A stretch of 64,000 nucleotides of DNA from Takakia lepidozioides. Its lineage: Eukaryota > Plantae > Bryophyta. Position 1 is the first letter of the stretch, and each line of letters opens with the position of its first letter. The translations under genes and the position numbers were made by a program. Where the stretch lies: NCBI GenBank assembly GCA_030704615.1, contig CM060734.1, positions 7,316,001 through 7,380,000 of the forward strand, in the 5' to 3' direction. Below, piece after piece: positions 27,791-39,971 of the stretch. The notes beneath the pieces are model-generated. The model saw only the letters and a list, made by a program, of their open reading frames with translations. It was not told the DNA's origin and did no database searches.

Positions 27791-28859
27791 AGCAGGCGAT
27801 TGACGAAGTCTCGGGGGGAGGGTGGGCGCCTGTGACCGACCTCCATACCTACGACATTTAATGGCGCAGTTGGGCATTAAATGTCCTCTGCCGTCGATTT
27901 TGAACCGGGCTGGCGACACAGGGATTCCGCGCTCGCTTCCCGGATACGCCTTGGAAACCTGATGCTTAACTTGGATGAACTTCTATTCGAGGCATGTACG
28001 CACACATACTGTGAGATCTTTTTTCTTTTGCTGGGACTTATGCCGCGTGGAGAAGGGCGTGGCTCTCCTAAGAGAAACCCCACATCCAGACTGCGGCGGA
28101 AGCTGAAGGCTTTGTACTACGGGCGACGTCCAACCTCTCGCATGGCCAAACTTAAGCTCCAGCAGGAAATTCCATTGTCTTGCTCAGAGCCCGCGCTAAC
28201 TGAAGCCGAGCACTCTCAAGTTCCACCCCTTCCTCTTTCGGTTTTCTTCGTTTTTTGTTTTTGTTTTCGCATCTTCCGTCTGGCAGTCCTGGAAGCGCAT
28301 GGTTGCATCGCAAAAGCACGAGTTGTTGAGAAGAATGATTAAGGTCAGAATGGTTAGAAAGGAGCCAGGTCGTTGCTGCATTCAGATTTGCAACAGGGTG
28401 CACACCTCGCTGTAGATAACAGGTTGCATCTCGGAATTAAGGAAATCCATGCTGAACTGAGAAGATTGTCTGAGCAGATGAAGTGCCTTCAAAACATTTG
28501 ACCCTGTTTTCCCGTCTCATGGAATTCGTGTTTCATGTTGATTTCTGCAAGATACTGGTTTAGTGAACCTTAGATAGTTTGCAATGCATGTGCAAAGCCG
28601 ACAGCTCTGGAGAAGGCTGCTTGTGCATGTCATTCTTAGGCATTGTTTGGATTTGTTTTTCATTGTTGTTCCATGCCACTCCATACTTGGTTTTGTTTTG
28701 TTTTCATTGTTGTTCCACGATTGTTGCGATGGTGGTTGCGCTGCTCGTTGCGATGGTGGTTTTCATTCCGATGTTGGTTCTCACGATTTTTGGGGATGAC
28801 AGAGTGACGACGAGCCCGACACGCTAGTGGTATCATCGACAGCTCCAACTGCTCGAGCA

Positions 28860-31800
28860 ATGACTCCAAAAGCCGCTACTCATCGCATGTTTGGATCTCA
28901 ACTTGGGGCGGGAGGGCAAACTAAAACCTTTGTTGGTGGACGGAAGGACCTGCAGCGAGAGTACGACAGAATAGGCATTGGGGAGGTTGGTGCAGGCGGC
29001 ATGGCAGGTGAAGGGCGTCGGATGAGGACAGCAAATCCGGTAATGGAAGATGTTCATGCACATGCAGTAGGGCCAGCCCACGCAAAGAAGAAGAAGAAAG
29101 CCAAGCACATGCAATCCCCGGCGAGAGAGCCGTCACGGGCTGCGGAGGGGGGAGTGAGCAGGGCGCGCGAGGGTGTCAGTTCGCCTCAATCAAAGGTGGT
29201 CGTCCTGGAGGCCTCCCCTGCTGCTACCCCTAGTAAGAAACAGAAGGCCCGTGAGAGGGCAAAAGAGAGGGCAAAAGAACAGGTGAGACAGAAGGCTAGC
29301 CAGGAGGCAAGAGAAAAGGCCACTGAAGAGGCCAGGGGTGTCGAAATGACAGATGCCCATGTAAGCGAGGGATGCACGGAGATGGTGGATCCCTCCAAGA
29401 CACCACAAAGAGGCAGTAACACACCGGTTACACCATCGCGGGCAGGAGCAGCCCCCGCAATTACCCATACGGTGGAAACTGGAGGAGGTGAAAGAACACC
29501 ACAAAGAACACGGATTGTGCAAGTTCGAGGTGAAGCCGGGGAGAGGGCAGTAGAGACGGAGAGAGTGCTCCAGGTGCTTCCGTCGGAGGATGACCATGTT
29601 GAGGATGACGAGAGGGAGCTTTCTGACTAGGATGACATCCTCCCGGAGATCCCCAGGCCCCAAACCCGGAGCATACAGGCTGGATTTGGTGGTCCAGGTG
29701 GGCTGCCGGAGAACCCCTCTACAGCAGAAGTCATGTCGGAGGTGGATATGAAGTTGGCCGCTGCCAAGATGTTGGAGGAAACCCACAGCAACATTGGCAG
29801 GGTCCTGGGGGGCATGGTGTACCTGGCCAAGCTTCGGATTCCCCTTTGCCGCTTGGTTTCATTGCAGGTGGTGAGACCTGCCCTCCCAGGCGATATCGAC
29901 AAGCTAAAATTCTCTTTCCGGGAGGGATATCGAATGGGGTCTGCCGCATTTTATGTTTCCATGGAGAACGACCACGGAGCTTCTCGTGCCCACACTTCCG
30001 ATGAGGTGGACAAATGGGGTCCCCATTGGCAAAGGCGAAATGAGGAGTTCGAGAGATTGATTGCTACTGATCCTCTTTTCCAGCACTTGTCTGGAAAGAT
30101 GTTTTATGTGTGGGACGGCAATCATCGCCTCATGGCATGGATGGAGTACATAGCCCAAGCCCACCCCAACGACCTGGATTGGCATTTCGCCGTGGAGTGT
30201 GTTGTGCTCAAGGTTGCGGGGCCCAAAGATCGCAGTCTTCTCAAAGCGGCAATGGCAGACATCAACTCGTAAGTTACAATGCTTCTTGCTTTGGAACTTT
30301 GAATTTGAAACAGTCATTTCATTGCCAATCGTCATATTTGTTGTAAATTCTCAATTCTGTATTGTTTAATGGAAATGTGGCATTGCAGGGTGACTGAGAA
30401 TGCCTTCATTGCCACCAACTTGTCCCATATGCTCTTCCGAGTGAAGGATGTCGGGAAGCAGGGGGTGCTAGAGTTTGCCAATTCGCTTAGTGCCGACCTC
30501 TTGCGCAAGTCGGAGGCAAGGGCAGACAGAACCTGGTATAGGCTAAGCATGGACGCCATGGTGGACTACATATTTCGGGTAAAGCTCCTCACTGTTTTGT
30601 TGAGCTAATCTGTCTCTCCTCCCCCAATAGAAGAAAAAGTGTTGAGCAGGATCTCTAATCTTATGTGCGCATTCTTGACAGACGAAAATTCAGCAGGATT
30701 TGGCACATGCGCGGAGGTTCTACATGGAGTCAGAGGAGAAGAAACTAACCCTCCCGGCACTGGAATCGTATCTCAAAGTTGCGGAGGTGAAGGCCCGCAT
30801 CAAGTACAAGTCGCGGATGGTAAAGTACGTGGCCATAGCTGATCCCGCCCTTGGTGCCGATTTTCTAGTGGAGGTGGGGAAGCACTACTCCCGCGCTCTG
30901 AAGCCCACGATGACATTGGAGAAGCTGCATCGTCTAGCCACATCCTGTGTGGATGCAACAGAAAAGGTTATACATTCTTAACCAAATTGTCGTGGCAGCA
31001 ATTCGTTTTTGTGGTGTTTGGCGCTTACTAATATGCTGGGTGGTTGGACAGACCCGGTGGCTCCAAATCTGGAATGGTTCCCAAAGTACAAGGGACATGT
31101 GGAGCTTCCCCAAACCCGACAAACTGCCTGACCCCACATTCGACATGTGGATGAACCGCATGACATGGTGGTTTCAGGTACTTTCCCACGCTTCATTTGG
31201 CGCTTCTACGCTTGTATCGGATGGATTTATTGTATTTTTTGAGGAAAGCGGTCTGATGGAGAATTTCCACAAGTGACGACGAATGCGCAAGAGCAGCTTG
31301 ATACACAAGCACATCAGTTCAAGCTGGAGATTTCTGGTGAAACAGAGAGCCTACGCGACTATGTGACGAGGTACTTTCTGCTCTACAAAACCGACCTATT
31401 CTTTCGAGAGATACCCCATGCCCGCCGGAGCCACGAGTTCACCGACCAGCCGAACGCGGACAAAGCGGCAATGCGCCTTCTGTACAGGTACATACGCTGT
31501 GCCTTTCTTTTTAGTCCCAACATTTCCAGGATGTAAGAGGCCTTATGTGGCGCATGAAAATTAGTTGTGGTCCTAGGAAAAATGGCGCCGAATTTCCGAA
31601 TTCGGGACCTGGGGGATGGCTGTCCAGGGGGTGGCTGGCACTCAATCCGGAAATTCGGCGCCATTTTTCCAGTTGCAAGCCCAGTCAGATCTGGGACTTA
31701 GCCATTCTCGGCCCCAACCTGGGAAAATGGCGCCGAATATCCAGTGCAGGGCCCCGAAAATGGCTAAGTCCCTATAGTGGCAGGCACCGAAACCGGAAAT

Positions 31801-34594
31801 TCGGCGCCATTTTTCTAGTTCCGGGCCCAGTCAGTTCTGGGACTTACCATTTTCGGGCCCAAACTGCGAAAATGGCGCCGAATATCCAGTGCAGGGCCCC
31901 GAAAATGGCTAAGTCCCTAGTGTGGCAGGCACCGAAATTGGAAATTCGGCGCCATTTTTCCAGTTCCGGGCCCAGTCAGTTGTGGGGCTTATCCATTTTC
32001 GGCCCCAATATGGGAAAATGGCGCCAAATTTCCAGTTGAGGGCCCCGAAAATGGCCAAGTCCCTGGGGTGGCTGGCACCGAAACTGGAAATTCGGCGCCA
32101 TTTTTCCAGTTCCAGGCCTAGTCATTTTCATTCCCTAAAATTTACCTCGTTCCCGGGACCTCATTCTGTGTGTTTCTTGAATGCAGGTACTGTAAGTTCT
32201 CCCTTTTGGAGAAAAGACATCTGTCCTTCGAGCCGCCATTCTTCCTCGCATGGAGGAACCCTGGGGCTGACTCCATGTACACTGACGTTATCGTGAAGGA
32301 GTGGCATTTGGAACATTTGCGCGACTGCCCTTGGTATGTGGACCTTCCGCCCGGCTTGCTCGACCCATCCGAGTTTCAATTGAAGCTGGATGCTGAGGCT
32401 CGACGAAACTGGGCTCCGCTGTCTCCGCTGGGTCCAAAGGAGGCGAGAGCGCTTGCCCAGTCCAGGAAAGCGGCAGAGCTTGCTCAGGCAGGTATTCAAG
32501 AGAAAAGGCTGTCTTTAGGGCATTCCAATCAGCAAAGCTGCCATGAGGTTGACGATCATACCAATGAATGAGAAGAATAAAGGACAAAAGAAAAGGACAC
32601 GGAAACAGGGGAGTACAGTAACCCCCAAAAAACAGAAAACCACCGGGGCACCAGAGGAGGCGCAGGCCCCAAGGGAGTGACTCCGACGACGACTTTGTGC
32701 AAGGTCCTGCGACTGCTACTGCTGGTACCAAGTCATCGGTTGTCCGGGTTCCCAAGTCAGTTCGGACTGGGACTGGCTCTGCCAAGAAGTTGGCATTTGA
32801 GGGCGAGCCTACACGGCGGTATTCGGCGGTGATGTTTCCGAAGAGGCCAAAGCTAAAACCCCCAACCATCATCCAATGTGTCAATGAGAGCTTCCTTGAC
32901 GCTCTGGCTGCCAGGGCGAAGAAGGTGGCACACAGCAAGTCTGTGGAGGAGCAGAAGGGGAAAGCCAAGAAGAGGGCTCCTAGTACAGAGCCTAAAGACA
33001 CCCCTGGTTTCGAATCCATGATGGAATTCTTCACGGTTGTGAGCACGGATTGCAAGAGCACTCGGGGGGGGGGGGGGGGGGTGAGGTGGAGAGAGCCTGC
33101 GATATGATTCTCCTCGATATTCCAGATGGGGAGCTGCTGGAGGGCGTGGATGGTGTGCCCACCTGGAACAGGTTTACTGAGGACTACTGGAGAGCCGGGT
33201 TTGGGCTGGCGGGGATGCTCCTGGATGACGGTGGATGTATGGTGGTCCTTGCCACAAGAGGGAAGACCACAGACAATGTTGTGGCAAGGTGGACACCAAA
33301 AAGTGTCACCCCGGTCCTCCTCAAAAAATAGTTCTGCATCAATACGCAAGGGTTGCGAACAGAGGGCCAGAGTGTAAGTTATCAATCTATTGCATTCACT
33401 TCATATTGTGGTGTATCTGAACTAGACCCTGGAGTTGATCCCTCTTTTGTTGGATGTGCAGACATTGGTGTTTGAGGCATATTGTTTTGTGAAGAGAGGG
33501 TCTACGTTCAAATTCCGCAACGACGGTCGTCTTGTTGATGCCGTTGTGGACCCTGTTACCTACGATGTCCTCTACAACTATGTGCCCCACTCCAGTATGC
33601 CGAAGGACACAAAGATAGGCAAACCATGGCGGTACAGCCGGACCCGGAGCCCTGCTTTCATCCAAACCCTCATGGAGACGTGCTCGGATGTCCAAGGGCA
33701 GATTCTTGACCTCACATGCGGCACGGGTAAGCCTTCACGTGCACATTTTGTCCCCTGGCTCGATTGCAATTGCATGCCGCATGCTACTAACCGCCCGCTT
33801 TGTCCCTCAGGTGCTTCAATGTGGGCAGGGACGTTGTCCGACAGGCATGTCTTCGCCTTCGAGCCAGATACTGCCCTCCACAACTCCGAACTTGCAGCGG
33901 CTGAACGTCTGCCGAAAGAGGAAGAGGCATCCTCGGAGGATGAGGAAGAATCCGACAAGGAGCAGGGGGAGGTACAAGTTGGGATCGAGGCCGAGGAGCC
34001 CCCGGTTTACGAGTGAGTGGTCGCATTGTAGGTTGCCTCCTGATTTCGTGAGGCACCTCCCTTTGCTCTCTTATTTCATTGAAAGACCCTTTTTTGCTTC
34101 TACTGATATTGACATTCTTAAAGTGGATTTGTTCTTACTGCAGGATGCCAAGTACTACAGGAGGGACGTCTACACCGCAATTCATGGGCAGGAAGAACGT
34201 GCTTTTTTTTGCCAGGGGGGATTTCATGGCTAGTCCAGAAAGGGACTACATCCTTCCTACTTATGCTGCCCGGCTTGCTTCGGTGTCCATTATGAGGTCT
34301 TCCGAACCTAGTCGTGTACAGCAGATTTTAGACGAGGCAAGCCTCAAGAAAAGGGAGGAGGCAGCAGCTATTAGAGCCCGTCAGGCTCGTAGATTTGTCT
34401 TGGATTCTGCTGAGGAAAGTGGGGGAGAGGAGGCAAAAGATTCCCAGGAGGTGAGGTGGACAGTCCCCCAAGGAGAGGACAGAATTTTTGAGAGGCATAG
34501 TGGAACTGATGCATCACAGAGCTCGGAGGATGGGGGGGATGAGGGGGATGAGGAGGAAGGCGGGGCAAGTTCCTCGGAGGGTGTAGGAGAGTAG
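28860..34594 (+). pseudogene. Multi-exon ParB/Srx-like domain plus beta-class amino (N4C/N6A) DNA methyltransferase-like protein
   Basis: Basic low-complexity N-terminus; ParB-like LQVVRP..DIDKLK.SF.EGY..FYVWDGNHRLMAW (DGNHR at 30114-30128); motif-IV-like DMILLDIPDG (33101-33130) then LLDDGGCMVV; RSPAFIQTLMETCS..GQILDLTCGTG(intron)ASMWAG....RHVFAFEPD (SAM-binding, from 33702). GT-AG introns at about 30269-30388, 30579-30696, 30967-31051, 31488-32187, 33728-33810 and 34015-34143. Stops at 29628 and 33329, plus frameshifts. Start codon uncertain. Confidence 0.75.
31575..32110. repeat. Intronic array (about 146-bp period) of GGAAATTCGGCGCCATTTT motifs in alternating orientation
   Basis: Eight motif copies about 73 bp apart, alternately reverse and forward, inside the long intron; similar copies at 17037-17350 near the left TIR. 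Confidence 0.85.
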
Positions 34595-34835
34595 TGCCCA
34601 TTCCGGCTATGACAGTTATGACACACTTGTATAGATGTGGCTTGCCACAAAATTTGCAATAAAATGTTGCATTTCATTGCTATGACGAGTCCACTGGTGC
34701 CAAATTCCAACTTGATATGACCCTATTTCGGTGCCTCCTAACCCTATTTCCGTGGACACACAATGGTCCGCTCATGTTTTTTTTTTTTTCCACTCATGCT
34801 CATGCCGCTCATGAAATAGCAACCCCCGTTTATGG

Positions 34836-37338
34836 AGTTGGGACGCAATCGAAGGTGGTCTCGAAGGAGGTACCGGAGGGGGGACTGCCCGAGATGGACC
34901 GACATTAGATGGTCCGACATGTGAGGAACCACGGGTCTGCTGCGCAGCACGTCGGTTAAGGTGGAATTGTAGTGGCAAGTTGTCATCATCCGAGGCTTCA
35001 ACTTCCGCCCGGTCCAATGCAGCAGAATGATGCATGCGTGTGGAAAACAGATCTACCCTGTTGCTCCTTAATGCCCGTTGTGTTGATGGAGAGCTGGATC
35101 AGTTTTGGCATTGTGGTGGAGCTGGTCGTATCGGTGAGGCATAATCTCGTCCCGTCGACTGTACCATGGGTTCAACACCATCGTTTGTATGAACAGGGTT
35201 GCGTACGTCGATCGGTCCTGGCAGTACATCACCCCTAAGCTCCATTGGGGCACTACCGGTGGCTTTAGCGTGTATTGGGGGGCGAGGGTCGACCCCAACT
35301 TCATTTTGAGGACCATGTTCTGGGGAAGATACAATTGCAGCTTCACCTTCATCTGCGATACGTACTTCTTCAAGAAGGTCATCAAAGGTCGGCTGGATAT
35401 AAGCATCCTCCTCTGTGAATGTAAACGGGTCATACGCATTTTCGGGAGCATCATCGGATCCATCTTCACTATCGGAGGCAGATGATTCCCTCTGAGATGA
35501 TTATCTTTGAGGCTTAGTATCGTCACTCATCGAATCAGCCTCAGAAGCAGAGTCTTCGGAATGCAAATTCCTCTCATACCATGCTGCAGCATCATCCGCT
35601 GCCCTCTCACGTAGCAGTCGGCAATTGATATACACATACACCAATTTGTCAGCCCTCGCGGGATTCAACCTGTTGCGAATCTTATTGTGAACAAATGAGT
35701 ACTGTTCCAATTGCGTTCGCAAAATGAGGCAGAGCACACTTGAGCAAGAATATTTCGCAATGGGAGCCAATGTTCTTGCTCCAGCTCCAATCAGATCTCA
35801 CCATTTATGTGGCAACATATTGAGCTCTTTTGGATCCGGCATGTCCTCAAAAGGGTCGCGGCGATCTGAGAAGCATTGGTACTTGGATATAGCTCTCTCT
35901 GCATGGTTCGGCGGAGCTAGATTGTACGTGCTTCTCATGATTTTGCATTAGTAACCATGTCTTGCCCATTACTGGTTGTTTTCCATCAAACTCCCGCAAG
36001 ACGATTAACACTGGCTCTACCATATAAACAAAGTTTTCACATTTCTTCTAAAAATCATCGCTGCGAATGCTATTTCGAACTTTTCGACTTTTGCCTCATG
36101 ACTTGGCTTTTCTGGAGTCCCGCAATGTCCGTGTGTACGCATCCCATTGAGGATCGATGATGGTGTGCTCCAGACTGCTCTTCACCGTCACCAACCGATC
36201 CACCATCAAGAAGTTAGTGGCAAAACGAGTTTCGCCTAGATTGCGGAGGCTGTATTTGGGTTCGTGCCTCATATATATTGCCAAATGGATGTGGTATGTG
36301 TGGATGAATGACACAACAGTCTTCGCTCGCTTGACAAGTTGTTTCACCCACTGTTCTTTTCCCTAATCTTCCAAAAGGAGGTCAAGGATATGAGCAGTAC
36401 AACCTTGATAGTACATATGGGGATAACGTGCCAACAACATGTCTGCAGTGTTTCTCATGTTAGCGGCATTGTCTGTGCATATTTGCACGATTTTATCACT
36501 TCCGACCTGATCGATGAAGTTCGTCAATAGTTGGCATTGATAACGTCTATCTTTTTTCTCGCCGCTAATGTCGACCGATCCCAAGAATTGTTCCCCAGCT
36601 GGACATACGAGCATGACATTGAACAACGGTCTGTTTGTGACAGAACTCCAACCATCGACACATATAGTGCTTCCATATTTTCTGATGCACTCGCCCGTCC
36701 TATCGTTGACCTTTTGGGTAAGCTCGGTCATGGCGTCTTCTAGCAATCATGTGCGGAGATTGTGATAAGTAAGAGGCACGTACGTGGATCTGGACTCCGA
36801 GGTTGCTCTAACGGCAGAAACAAATACCGGAAGCCTTGCCACATTAAATGGTATGTTGGCCTCGAAGAAAAACTGCGCCAATTTTTTATCCAACTGTCTT
36901 TTCGCAGACAGGTTAAGACCTTCTTGCATGGATTGTTGCCGTAATCCTCTATTCCGTTGAAGAAGAGGTGTTGAAGCAGGTGTTGCTCCGGCACAACCCA
37001 CTTGTCCAAGGACATCCGAAGCCTCACAAGAGTCGCCCTGGGTACTAATCGGGGCATCCTGACGGGCATGGAGTGTTCTGCTCAGAGGTCATGTCCAGAT
37101 CCAAAGACATTGGAATATTGCCTCCACACTGGGCAAAATGGTTTTTTACCCGCATAGATGCTTTGGGGCATAAACCCACCCCAGCGTTCTTCACACCTTT
37201 AAAGCCGAGGTGAGCGAGCAACCGATCCTCACGATAAGAAAGCTTTAATCCACATAGGTTGCACTCAACACTACCAGTGGCACTGACAGTGTTCGGGATT
37301 GTTGTATACCAAGGGCTCCATTCATCCCTTATCTTCAC
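34836..37338 (-). pseudogene. hAT transposase (BED-like finger, DUF659-type core, C-terminal dimerisation domain)
   Basis: VECNLC..RLLAHL; FFFEANIPFNVA; ICVDGWS; QICTDNAANM; CTAHILDLLLED; ETRFATNF; VHNKIRNRLNPARADKLVYVYIN; multiple stops and frameshifts. Confidence 0.88.
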
Positions 37339-37764
37339 CCAATATCCACTCCCCTAGGACCTAGCGATGCAAACAACAAAAAACAGTCACCTATAAATGA
37401 ACGTGTTGTGAATGTAGAGTGCAATGCGATAGCCCAACACTTCTACACCTGTCAGCAACCCAAGTGGGTCGATGTGGGTTGTAGTGTTGAACTTATACAC
37501 AATCTACTGAAGTGGCTTTGGTGGAAGCCACAACGGCAAAAGATGCGCACCATCCTCTTGGGCTACACTCTTGTTTAGTGGAAGAGAACATCCAAAGCAA
37601 CCTCAAGTGTTTGCGCCAAAAAAAATGAGGAGCTTGGTGACCCTCCTCCCTTACATATGATCCAAGAGGGATGAAAGTGAAATGAAAGTGAAATGAATAA
37701 ATGACTAACCAATAACGCCCACCCGAAAAAACTGTACAACCATATTTGTTATAATTTTGAAATT

Positions 37765-38960
37765 AAGCGACCGCTAATATTACAGTCGCTATTTTTATTT
37801 TTTATGAAAAACAAGCGATCGCCACTACTGTGGTCGCTTTTATTTCCTTTCATTTTGTGCAATATTGCGGTCATTTCTATTTTGTATATTTTTAAATTTA
37901 AGCGACCGCCCGTATGGCGGTCGCTATTGTTTTTTATTTCAAAATATAATGCGACTGCCGGTATGGCGTCGCTTCATTTGTTAATATATTTAAAATAAAG
38001 CAACCGCCAATATGGTGGTCGCTTTTATTTTTAGTATTTTTAATAAAACGCGACCGCCAGTAAGGTGGTCGCTTTTAATCTTTATATTTTCAAGTTTAAG
38101 CGACCTCCAGGTTGGCGGTTGCTTAAACTTAATAAATATTTTAAAATTGATGCAACCGCCGGTTTGGTGGTCGCAAATATTGTTTTAAAACAAGCGACCA
38201 CCGGTGTGGCGGTCGCTTTTATTTTCATATGTCGCTTGTTTTTTTTATATAATTTTAAATTTACCGACCGCCCAATGGCGGTCGCTGTTTTGTTTTTTAT
38301 ATTTTTGAAATTATCCGACCGGCATATGGTGGTCATTTGTTCTGTACATATTTACAAAATTGTGCGACCGCCAATACGGCAGTCGCTTGTTTTCTTTTTT
38401 AAATTAGGCGACCGCCAATGCGACCACCAATCTTGTTTTTTTTTTAAAATAAATTGAAGCGACCGCCAAGATAGCGGTCGCTAATTCTTTTTTTAATTCG
38501 AAAAATAAAGCGACTGCCAGTGCGACCGCCAATCTTGCTTTTTTTTTAAAAAAAATTGAAGCGACCGCCAATATGGTGGTCGCTATTTCTTTTTCTATTT
38601 CGAAAAATAAAGCGACCGCCAGTGCGACCGCCAATCTTGCTTTAAGAAAAATAAAAATTGAAGCGACCGCCAATACGGCGGTCGCTATTTCTTTTTTAAT
38701 TTTGAAAAACAAAGCGACCGCCATAATTGGCGGTCGCGTTCATTTTGTTAATTTTCAAAAATGTATTTGCCACCGTGCGACCGCCAATACGACAGTCGCT
38801 TGTTTTCTTTTTTAAATTAGGCGACCGCCAATACGACCGCCAATCTTGTTTTTTTTATAAAATAAATTGAAGCGACCGCCAACATAGCGGTCTCTATTTG
38901 TTTTTTTAATTCGAAAAATAAAGCGACCGCCAGTGCGACCGCCAATCTTGCTTTTTTTTT
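37765..38960. repeat. GCGACCGCC/GGCGGTCGC hairpin array upstream of the hAT gene
   Basis: Same unit as 12.4-12.9 and 14.4-16.2 kb; higher-order repeats of about 110 bp at 38410-38960. Confidence 0.85.
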
Positions 38961-38969
38961 TAAAACATT

Positions 38970-39971
38970 TGAAGGTCGAGGATATGAGCACAACATCCTT
39001 GATAATACATGTGAGGGTACTAAGCCAAAAGTAACTGGGCCATAATTCTCATGTTCGAGGTATTGTCCGTACAAATTTGCACAATTTTCTCCAGTCCAAT
39101 AGAGTCAATGGCTTTGGATAGCACCAGAAACTAGTAATGTGCATCCTTCCGTTCCCCGGTTGTGTCAATAGCTCCTATAAATTGTTCCCCCGCTGGACAT
39201 ACGAGCATGATGTTGAATAATGGTTGGTTTGTGACTGAGTTCCAACCATCGGCACATAATGTACTTCCATATTTTCGCAATGAATCCCCGGTTCGATCTG
39301 TTACTCGTTTTGAAAGGTCAGTCATGGCCTCTTCCAACAATCCCGTACGTAGAGCATTGTAAGGAGGTGGTGTGTACGTGCATTTTGACTCCGAAGTTGT
39401 TCTCACAGCTGAAACAAACAATCGGAGTCATGCCATGTTGAATGGTATGTTGGCCTCATAGAAAAACGTTGCCCACTTCTTATCTAACGCCATCTTCACT
39501 GTCACGTTCAATCCCTCCGAAATGGATTGTTGTCGCAGGATTGTACTTCTTTGAGATCCTCTTGTATCTTGTGGTGTGATTGCATCTCGACCCCCTGTCT
39601 CAATGTACCAGATACCTCGCAAGAGTCCCCTTGCATACAACGGAATGGTGCTTCCGGATGCAAACGTGCTGCTTCTGCATGAGGGGGATTAATCTCCTGA
39701 CCGCAATTTGGTGTGCTGCCTTCTACGAGGTTCCCTTCCTCCAATGGCTCTGGAACAACCCCTCCACACTGCGCAAAATGAGCTTTCACCCGCATGGATG
39801 CTTTTGAGCATAAACCCACCCCAGGGTTTCGACCATTGCAATCCCTGTACCCCAAATGAGCAAGCATCCGATCTTTGCGATAATGCAATTTATTCCAACA
39901 AAGCTTGCACTCAATACAGTCCCTTGTTTGCGGAACTCTTGTGTACCAAGGGGTCCACTCATTTTTCATTT
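38970..39971 (-). pseudogene. Second, truncated hAT transposase paralog
   Basis: NEWTPWY..ECKLC..RMLAHLG; FFYEANIPFNMA; LCADGWNSVTNQPLFNIMLVCPAGEQF; 5' end cut at the LTR at 39972. Confidence 0.82.

Larger units (their letters stand above)
16785..34826. mobile_element. 18-kb Mutator-like (MULE) DNA transposon carrying a transposase, a ParB-methyltransferase-like gene and palindromic arrays
   Basis: Left end GAGGTTAGCTATTTCATGAGC, right end GCTCATGAAATAGCAACCCC; CATGAGC(GG) subterminal repeats at both ends; identical flanking 9-mer CGTTTATGG at 16776-16784 and 34827-34835 (alternative reading: 7-bp TSD with GG/CC termini); internal MULE transposase. Confidence 0.9.

Noticed and set aside
21391-27861. 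Long ORFs in the arrays (for example 689 aa at 24568-26637)
   Set aside because: Artefacts of a GC-rich 96-bp (multiple of 3) repeat, open in several frames on both strands.
33064-33081. G homopolymer as a programmed frameshift before the MTase domain
   Set aside because: The sister copy has no long G run at the equivalent site (56778-56785); slippage or sequencing error is more likely.
32288-33385. 365-aa minus-strand ORF
   Set aside because: Antisense shadow of the ParB-MTase exons with no motif of its own.
28860-34594. Bacterial contamination explaining the ParB/MTase gene
   Set aside because: The gene has GT-AG introns at positions shared between two copies and sits inside a TSD-flanked eukaryotic transposon.
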